The position numbers and the translations under genes were made by a program. Of a stretch of 64,000 nt of DNA, positions 57,135 through 64,000 are shown piece by piece. Each line of letters begins with the position of its first letter. Within the stretch, counting starts at the first letter, position 1. Origin of the DNA: an uncultured delta proteobacterium (GTDB lineage Bacteria; Desulfobacterota; Syntrophia; Syntrophales; UBA2185); the NCBI GenBank assembly GCA_963729715.1, contig CAVSPA010000005.1, positions 128,001-192,000 of the forward strand, read 5' to 3'. The notes under the pieces are model-generated. The model worked only from the letters and a program-made list of their open reading frames with translations. It had not been told where the DNA came from and did no database searches.

Positions 57135-57235
57135 CGTTCTTCATCGCCGGGAATATATTATCTGATTTATCGCCCTTACATCCTTCTTGTCCTAATACCG
57201 AGATATAATCTTTTCATTTAAGCGCCATTTTGAAA

Positions 57236-59692
57236 TCAGTTAATTTTTGCAGCGGCTGATATCTTGCTTTTCGAGCGGGTCTTTTGCTCTTTCATGACGC
57301 GTATCGTTTCGGCGATTTCCTTGGGAGTGACGCTCTTCCTGATCTTCTCCATCTTCTCCATGACCTCTTGAAAGCGAAGTCCTTCCGCCGCGCTAATCCA
57401 CTCCAGATTTAGCCTTTCGGTGCGGAGGCCCATCTTTTCCATCTTCTTCCAGATGCGCTTGATACGCCGCTCCGTCCACTGATTGGCGTTCATATAGTGG
57501 CAGTCGCCGATGTGACATCCCGAAACCAGCACTACGGCAACCCCTTTGGCGAAGGCTCGCCAGATGAATTTCTCGTGCACCCTTCCGGAGCACATTGTCC
57601 GAATCAGGCGGGTGTTGGCCGGGTAATGGAGCCGCGAGACGCCGGCAAAATCGGCGCCCGCATACGAGCACCAGTTGCATGCAAAGACCGGTATCCTCTC
57701 GGCGGCGTTCCCTTCGAGGATGGCGTCAATTTGAGCCTCAATCTGCGCGTCTGTAAAATGATTCATGGTAATGGCCGTGGTGGGGCATTCGGCCGCGCAT
57801 GTGCCGCAGCCCGAACACGCGGCTCCGGTGACTACTGCTGCCGTCTTCGCCTTTGTGTCCACTCTGATGGCATTGTACGGGCACACCTTTGCACACACGC
57901 CGCACGAGTTGCATATGTCGGGATCAACTGCCGCGGTGATCGCCTCCACGGTCAGCGAACCCGGATTCATGAGGCGCATGGCCCGGGCAGTGGCTGCAGA
58001 GGCCTGGGTGACGGAGTCTTTTATGTCTTTGGGACCTTCGGCGCAGCCGGCAAAAAATATCCCCCGTGTCGCTGAATCCACCGGCTGCAGCTTCGGGTGG
58101 GCCTCCAGGTAGAAGCCGTCCGATGTTGTCTGAAGGGCCAGCATCTCCTGAATAGCCTTCATATCTGCCGGCGGTTCGAGGCCGACGGCGAGGACAACCA
58201 TTTCCGTGCGGTGGCTCTCCAGTTCATTTGTCGCCGTGTTTTCGACTGTCAGCACAAGATCCCGCGTTCGAGGGTCCTGCTTAATATCACCGGGCAGGCC
58301 CCGGATGTAACGGACACCCATACCCTTGCTGCGCCGGAAGAGATCTTCGAATCCCTTGCCGAAGGCCCGGATGTCAATATAGAAAACCTTCACCTCCATG
58401 TCCGGATAGTGTTCCTTGAGCATGATCGTGCTCTTCACGGTGTTCATGCAGCAGATATTCGAGCAGTAGGGCCGGCCCCGGCGCTGGGATCGGGAGCCCA
58501 CGCATTGGATAAACGCGACGGACTTGGGAACCTTACTGTCTGTAAGGCGGATGACCTTGCCGCTCGTAGGCCCGCCGGCATTGATCAGGCGCTCGAGCTC
58601 CATGCTCGTCAGTACATTCTCATAGCGTGTGTAGCCATACTCATCGAGAATAGTCGGATCGTAGGCCTCCATGCCGGTCGCCACGATGATGGTACCGACG
58701 TCGAATTCCATCTCCTCGTCGTTCATGTCGAAGTCGATGCAGCGCTTCTTGCATTTTTCGATGCACTTTCCGCAGATGATGGGATTGTGACCCAGGCATC
58801 GGGTGATATCCACGGCAAAAGCCCCCGGCACCGCCTGCGGAAAAGGCGAATAGATGGCCCGGCGGGAGCTCAGGCCCATGTTGAACTCATCGGGAATGAT
58901 GACCGGGCAAACGTCAACGCAGTCGCCGCATGCCGTGCACTCCTTCTCCTTCACATACCTCGCCCTCTTCAGGATGCGCACATGAAAGCTGCCAACGAAT
59001 CCCGTGATCTCTTTTACTTCGCTCATCGTTAAGAGCGTAATGTTGGGATGCCGACCGGCATCCGTCATCTTGGGCCCGAGTATTCAGATGGAACAGTCCA
59101 TGGTCGGAAAGGTCTTGTCGAGCCTCGCCATGATGCCGCCGATGCTCGGCTGCTTTTCGACGAGTATCACCTTGTAGCCCGAGTCCGCAAGATCAAGCGC
59201 TGCCTGGATCCCAGCCACGCCTCCGCCTATGACCAGAGTAGAAGGTGCAACCGGAACATCCATTTCCATCTGTGCGGCAAGCAGGCGGACCCTTGATACG
59301 GCGGAGCGCACCAGATCCCTCGCCTTGATATTGGCGTTCTTGGCATCATGGCTGTGCACCCATGAGCATTGCTCACGGATGTTCGCCATCTCCATAAGGT
59401 AAGGGTTCAGTCCCGCTTCACTGACACACTGCCGGAAAGTAGCCTCATGAAGCCGCGGTGAGCACGAGGCCACCACCACACGGTTGAGTCCGAATTCCTT
59501 TATGTCATTCTTAATCTGGTTCTGTCCAGGCTCGGAACACGTGTAGCCCTGGTTTCGGCATATCGTGACGTCCGGTAGTTTGCCCGCATATGCAGCAATT
59601 GCATCGCAATCAACAACACCTGCGATATTCGATCCGCACTGGCAGACATAGACGCCTATTCTGACCGCATTATCGTGTTTTGATTCTTCCAT
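57236..59692 (-). CDS. hdrA: Selenocysteine-containing HdrA with fused MvhD domain (818 aa)
   Basis: The two track ORFs are in frame across TGA 59084-86 in [17 protein letters not shown] (conserved Cys position). SECIS-like hairpin follows; C-terminal [18 protein letters not shown]. Confidence 0.92.
59045..59083 (-). promoter_or_regulatory. Bacterial SECIS element
   Basis: GGAUGCC-GGUC-GGCAUCC hairpin with a G-first loop 27 nt after the UGA. Confidence 0.8.
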
Positions 59693-59721
59693 TCATCATC
59701 CTCTTCATCCAAATCTCTATA

Positions 59722-60876
59722 CTACTCTATCCGGTCGGCCAGCACGGAAACCAGATCCCGTATTTCCATTTGTATCTTTTTCCCTTGCATCAGTGGATCC
59801 CGGATGGTACACGTGAGATGGATCATGCATTTGGGACACGCCGTAACGAGCATGTCCGCACCGGTTGCCCGCGCCTCCGAGAGCCTCTGCACCTGAATCT
59901 GTTTTGAGGAGGCATCACAATTGATGAAACCGCAATTCCCGCAGCACAAAGCACTTCTGCCCGATTTTTCCATTTCCCGGAGATCCAGTTCCGGAATGAG
60001 GCCGAGCAATTCCCTCGGGCCAGCATAGCGGTTCAACATGCGCCCCAGCCTGCATGGATCCTGAAAAGTGACTTTACGCTTAAGCGGCCGAAAGACCGTG
60101 CTTCCCGGCTGCATTTCCCGCTGGAGGAGATCGAGGAGCAAAGTTACTCTAATGTCAAACCCCGGGATGATACGAGGCATGTGTTCACTCAAAACCTGGA
60201 AGCACTCGGGGCACGAGACGATAATCTCCTTCACGCCGGCATCCTTGAAGGATGTACAGTTCAGTCGGCAGAGCGCTTCAAAGTTTTCAATATCCCCGGA
60301 CCAGAGCAGGTCGTGTCCACAGCATCTTTCATTCGGCAGAAGAACAGGCTTGATGTCCAGAAAGTTCAACAGCCGCACACTGTCTCTAGCTATAGCGACG
60401 GTATCCACGTCTATGCCGGCGAAGAAGACATTGAAATACGGCGCGCATCCGGTGAAAAATGCAACGTCTCCTGAAGAAGCTACTTTAATGCCTGAATCCA
60501 GCCAGTCGAGACGATTCTGCTTGAGGTGCGGTGCAGTCATCATCCTCATCCAGGAATGGATGGCTCCGTCGTGGGCGCGATAGCCCTTCAAGCCTTTTGT
60601 CTTAGCCAGCAGCGTACGCATTTCCAGGATGAAATGATTGAAATCCACGCCCGAGGGGCAGCGTTCACGGCATACGCCGCAGGTTAGGCACTCCCAGACC
60701 GAATTTTCGATGTAAGCCTCGTCCTCGCGCTCGGAGATAACTTTCTGGGCCAATAATCTGGGAGAGTACTCTTTGCCTGAGAGCCTCCGCGGACACGAAG
60801 CTGTGCACTTGCCGCACTCCAGGCACTGGTACAACGACATATCCACGATCATCTGATCGATCTTCGGGTCATTCAA
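59722..60876 (-). CDS. hdrD: HdrD-like Fe-S protein (2x[4Fe-4S] + 2 CCG domains)
   Basis: CLECGKCTASCP, CLTCGVCRERCP, RCCG, DPC, CCG, TACPKC. Confidence 0.85.
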   Translation of the reverse strand: MNDPKIDQMIVDMSLYQCLECGKCTASCPRRLSGKEYSPRLLAQKVISEREDEAYIENSVWECLTCGVCRERCPSGVDFNHFILEMRTLLAKTKGLKGYRAHDGAIHSWMRMMTAPHLKQNRLDWLDSGIKVASSGDVAFFTGCAPYFNVFFAGIDVDTVAIARDSVRLLNFLDIKPVLLPNERCCGHDLLWSGDIENFEALCRLNCTSFKDAGVKEIIVSCPECFQVLSEHMPRIIPGFDIRVTLLLDLLQREMQPGSTVFRPLKRKVTFQDPCRLGRMLNRYAGPRELLGLIPELDLREMEKSGRSALCCGNCGFINCDASSKQIQVQRLSEARATGADMLVTACPKCMIHLTCTIRDPLMQGKKIQMEIRDLVSVLADRIE

Positions 60877-61304
60877 CTCTTCAACTCCTCCAGTTTGTGA
60901 CCGTCGCTGGACATCAGAGGCCCCAGAGCCTCCACCTCTTCCCTAAAATTCCATAGAGTCCGAACCAGCTCTTCTTTTTCGTGGGCGCCGAAGGTGCGCT
61001 CCACCAGCCGTTCCTGGCGGATTCCAAGAAGGTGAAGCATCCTGCGGACGCGGTGCACATTTTCATGACCCACCTCAGGCCCCGGTCCGTAGCGGCAGTC
61101 TTCGTCCGTGCATTCCAAGAGTATCACGCCGTCTGCACCAAACTCAAAGGCCCTCAGGATCAGTGCCTGGTTGATGCGGCCGATGCACATCACCCGTATC
61201 AGGTGAAAGTTCGCGGGCATGCTCATCCCCGTCATCCCCGCTGCGTTATAGCAGGCGAAAGGACTCCAGTTGCAGCAAATTCCGAGGATGCGGACAGGCT
61301 CCAT
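60873..61304 (-). CDS. mvhD: MvhD/FlpD-like [2Fe-2S] subunit
   Basis: CCNWS, RVMCIGR, GADGV, CTDEDCRY. Confidence 0.8.
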   Translation of the reverse strand: MEPVRILGICCNWSPFACYNAAGMTGMSMPANFHLIRVMCIGRINQALILRAFEFGADGVILLECTDEDCRYGPGPEVGHENVHRVRRMLHLLGIRQERLVERTFGAHEKEELVRTLWNFREEVEALGPLMSSDGHKLEELKS

Positions 61305-61305
61305 A

Positions 61306-64000
61306 TCATAGCTCCCTGACCAGTGTGCCCGCGACGATCTCTTCGAGGAGACGATTGGTAAAGTAAGGCATGTCCATGGCAGTCACCGGACAGCGTCCCA
61401 CACAGCCGCCGCATCCGACACAATTGTAGCGCAACACTTCCGCCGTGTAAAAGCCGCGTTCATTGGCGACAAGCCTGACGGCGTCAAAAGGACATATCTC
61501 CACGCAGCGGCCGCAGCCGCGGCATCGCTTCTTGTCCACCTTGGGGCTAAGCTCATGGTCTTTCAAAAAGGCCTCTGCCGCCGTAGTCGCCACGTGCGCG
61601 GCCAAGGCAGCTCCTGCCTGGAAAGCAGTTACTCTCTTGAGTGTCCTGGGCATTACCCGGTAGACGCCAATCTGGGGGCTATGGAAAAATTTGAAGTTGT
61701 AGCGATAAAATTTCTTGAGGCCGAACATTCCCACGGGAATTGCAAGAGGAAGGACATTCATATCGGCAAGACACACTATATCCGCATGGAAATTTTTGCG
61801 AACGCCATCTTCACGCACGGCCACCGTAAAATCTCCCAAGTGCCCCCTGATTCCTTCGATGAGGGCCTCCTCTACGTGCGTGATAGAATCCCCGGCAATC
61901 AGGCTGACAGGCCTTTTGCGGACCTCCGCGGGCACTTTCCGGTCGTCCTTGAGGCTGCAACGATGTACCAGGCGCACCTTGAATCCCTGCATGTTCAGGT
62001 TGAGAGCCGTACTCAGGCCGACTTCAGAACCGCCCAGAATGAGTATTCTGTTCCCAATTTTCGTTGTGCTCTGGCGGAGCGGCCCCATGACCCGAGCGCG
62101 AATGAAGGCCTCCCGCAGAAAATTACGCATTCTTTCCACAAGCATCTCTTCCGATACATCAGGAGTACCCAAGTGATCCCTGATGTTGATTGTCTCAAAC
62201 CGGCAGCGGTCAAGGCCGTGCCTTTCAAACAAAAGGATGCGTGCGCGGTTTCTCTGATCGTTGCAGGAAATACACTGAAACTCCAAGGGGCAGCATACGC
62301 AGGAGGCGAGAATGACTCTGCCCAGCCTGTGCTCCCGCACAGCGGCGGCAATCCTGTCGGCACCCTGGGGATGGCAGGCAGAAAAAATCAGCTCACTGTG
62401 CATCACGCCGGGCATCCTTGCTGCCATATCACGGATACGTTCAAGGGCAGCAGGCGTTGTCAGGGTTCCGTTGCACGTGCAGGTGAATACCCCGAACACC
62501 ACTTCCTCTTCAGAAGCGATTGCAGAAGGCTGGCATGGAGCCACATTGGTCCGGAGGGATGAACACTCCGCCATGGCCTGCCCCGCTGAGGCGCTGCCCG
62601 CAATCAATACATTCACGAGGTCCGTAGCGCTCCGGAAGTTTCCCACACGGTAGACGTGTTCCTCATCGGCTAAGTCCAGGTGAGCAATTTCCTCATCGCC
62701 CGCCACAATTACGGCAGGACTCGAAACGGTCATGAGCTCTCTGTCCTTGAAATGATTGATGGCCCCTATGTCATTGCAGACGGTTTCGCAGACGCGGCAC
62801 TCGCAGCAGGCGCTGCAGTGAAGACAGCGTGAGGCTTCAGCCACCGCCTGCTCCTGGGTCAGGCCCAGTTCCACTTCCTTAAAATCCCGCCGTCTCTCTT
62901 TCGCTTGCCGGCGTGACATTTCCGGTCGAAACCTTCGGGAAGTGTCCTCGGAGATTCCCACATATTCTCCTGCGCCGCGAGACTCATCAGACAGCACACC
63001 CCACGAGGGGAATGCGCCGGTAAGATATTCGGCAGCCCGTGCGGCGGCCCGGCGGCCCTGAGACATGGAGCCTACCACCGTATCCGGTCCTGTCACCGCA
63101 TCCCCGGCGGCAAAAATACCCGCCTGTGAGGCTGAGAGACGCGCATCCACATTAATCGTCCCAGACCGACCCATAATCAGCTCTCTTCCGAGTCCCACAT
63201 CTGACAGGGACGGCTGCTGTCCGATGCCGATAATTACCGTATCTGCCGACCGGAAAAACTCTGAACCTTTGATCGGTTCCGGTCTTCTGCGTCCGCTTTC
63301 ATCGACGGCGCCTTGCTTCATGCGGATCATGTCAAGGCCGGTCACTCTTCCTCTCTCGGAAACAACCCGGACGGGCGCCACGAGGTATTCAATCTTTACT
63401 CCTTCCTCTTGCGCTCTCCGTATCTCCGATCCGTGCGCTGGCATATCGTTGCGTTTACGTCGATAGCAAATGGTGACGGATTTAGCCCCCAGCCGGACAG
63501 CGGACCGGGCCGCATCAATGGCGGAGTTGCCTCCGCCAATGACAACTACATTGTCCCGGATGTTCGGTTTGCCGCCGGTGTTGAGTTTCTTCAGCATCGC
63601 CAGGGCGCCATACACGCCCTTCGCATCTTCACCGGGAATATTGAGGCGGAGGTCCCGGTGGGCCCCGGTGCACAGAATAACTGCATCGAAGCCCCGATCA
63701 CTCAGATCTCTGATGGAGAGGACCGGCGTCCCTGTGCGTATCTCCACACCGGCATCCTCAATCGCCTGTATTTCGTCATTCAGGACGGCGCGCGGAAGTC
63801 TGAAGGCATTGATTCCCATCCGCAGTATTCCTCCCGCTTCGCGATGGGCCTCAAATATAGTTACGCTGAAACCCTCCCGGTTGAGGAAGTAGGCAGCCGC
63901 AAGACCTGCGGGACCGCTGCCGACTATGGCCACTCTTTCTGGCCTTCCCGGTTTTTGAGCACCCGGCAGCCGTGGTCGGCGCTCGGCCATTTCATGGTCG
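61306..64000 (-). CDS. HdrL-like multidomain flavoprotein (GltD-like NAD(P)H domain + degenerate HdrA parts + ferredoxin), 5' partial
   Basis: GSGPAG, GGGNSAID, AGDAVTGP, EASRCLHC, GVFTCTC, C-terminal 2x CxxCxxCxxxCP; the frame is open to the window edge. Confidence 0.85.
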   Translation of the reverse strand, partial: DHEMAERRPRLPGAQKPGRPERVAIVGSGPAGLAAAYFLNREGFSVTIFEAHREAGGILRMGINAFRLPRAVLNDEIQAIEDAGVEIRTGTPVLSIRDLSDRGFDAVILCTGAHRDLRLNIPGEDAKGVYGALAMLKKLNTGGKPNIRDNVVVIGGGNSAIDAARSAVRLGAKSVTICYRRKRNDMPAHGSEIRRAQEEGVKIEYLVAPVRVVSERGRVTGLDMIRMKQGAVDESGRRRPEPIKGSEFFRSADTVIIGIGQQPSLSDVGLGRELIMGRSGTINVDARLSASQAGIFAAGDAVTGPDTVVGSMSQGRRAAARAAEYLTGAFPSWGVLSDESRGAGEYVGISEDTSRRFRPEMSRRQAKERRRDFKEVELGLTQEQAVAEASRCLHCSACCECRVCETVCNDIGAINHFKDRELMTVSSPAVIVAGDEEIAHLDLADEEHVYRVGNFRSATDLVNVLIAGSASAGQAMAECSSLRTNVAPCQPSAIASEEEVVFGVFTCTCNGTLTTPAALERIRDMAARMPGVMHSELIFSACHPQGADRIAAAVREHRLGRVILASCVCCPLEFQCISCNDQRNRARILLFERHGLDRCRFETINIRDHLGTPDVSEEMLVERMRNFLREAFIRARVMGPLRQSTTKIGNRILILGGSEVGLSTALNLNMQGFKVRLVHRCSLKDDRKVPAEVRKRPVSLIAGDSITHVEEALIEGIRGHLGDFTVAVREDGVRKNFHADIVCLADMNVLPLAIPVGMFGLKKFYRYNFKFFHSPQIGVYRVMPRTLKRVTAFQAGAALAAHVATTAAEAFLKDHELSPKVDKKRCRGCGRCVEICPFDAVRLVANERGFYTAEVLRYNCVGCGGCVGRCPVTAMDMPYFTNRLLEEIVAGTLVREL

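Noticed and set aside
1849..63892. Many long antisense or overlapping ORFs in the track (e.g. 1849-2646, 7110-8024, 58097-59032, 61555-62562)
   Set aside because: They shadow well-supported genes on the opposite strand and show no recognisable motifs.

Overview
The gene content suggests an anaerobic Desulfobacterota (deltaproteobacterial, Syntrophales-like) chromosome; this is inferred, not shown. The window has two parts. (1) Positions 1-22375 are the right-hand part of a genomic island. It ends in a duplicated 3' half of tRNA-Arg(CCT) (an attR-like site) preceded by arm-type repeats, and it is dense in candidate anti-phage genes: a YhaN-type ATPase, two tandem DUF4238 genes (one SEC-C fused, one split by IS256, with IS21 inserted between them), an HNH nuclease, a 1462-aa HNH-NACHT NLR-like protein, a restriction-endonuclease + TOPRIM pair, a GIY-YIG pseudogene and an AbiEi/AbiEii toxin-antitoxin pair. 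Several of these genes are bounded by intact or decayed integron attC-like sites, although no integrase gene lies in the window. (2) Positions 22376-64000 look like core metabolic chromosome: acyl-CoA enzymes, a sigma54 locus with an internally deleted cstA and two leaderless Cache proteins, a MenA-like prenyltransferase, a hybrid kinase, an mla operon whose ATPase carries a degenerate GGDEF domain, TMTC-like glycosyltransferases, an RRM protein, and an hdrL-mvhD-hdrD-hdrA cluster whose HdrA-MvhD fusion contains an in-frame UGA followed by a SECIS-like hairpin (selenoprotein). An IS1182 sits inside one copy of an abundant REP-like palindrome. All family assignments come from motif recognition by eye; no database searches were run.
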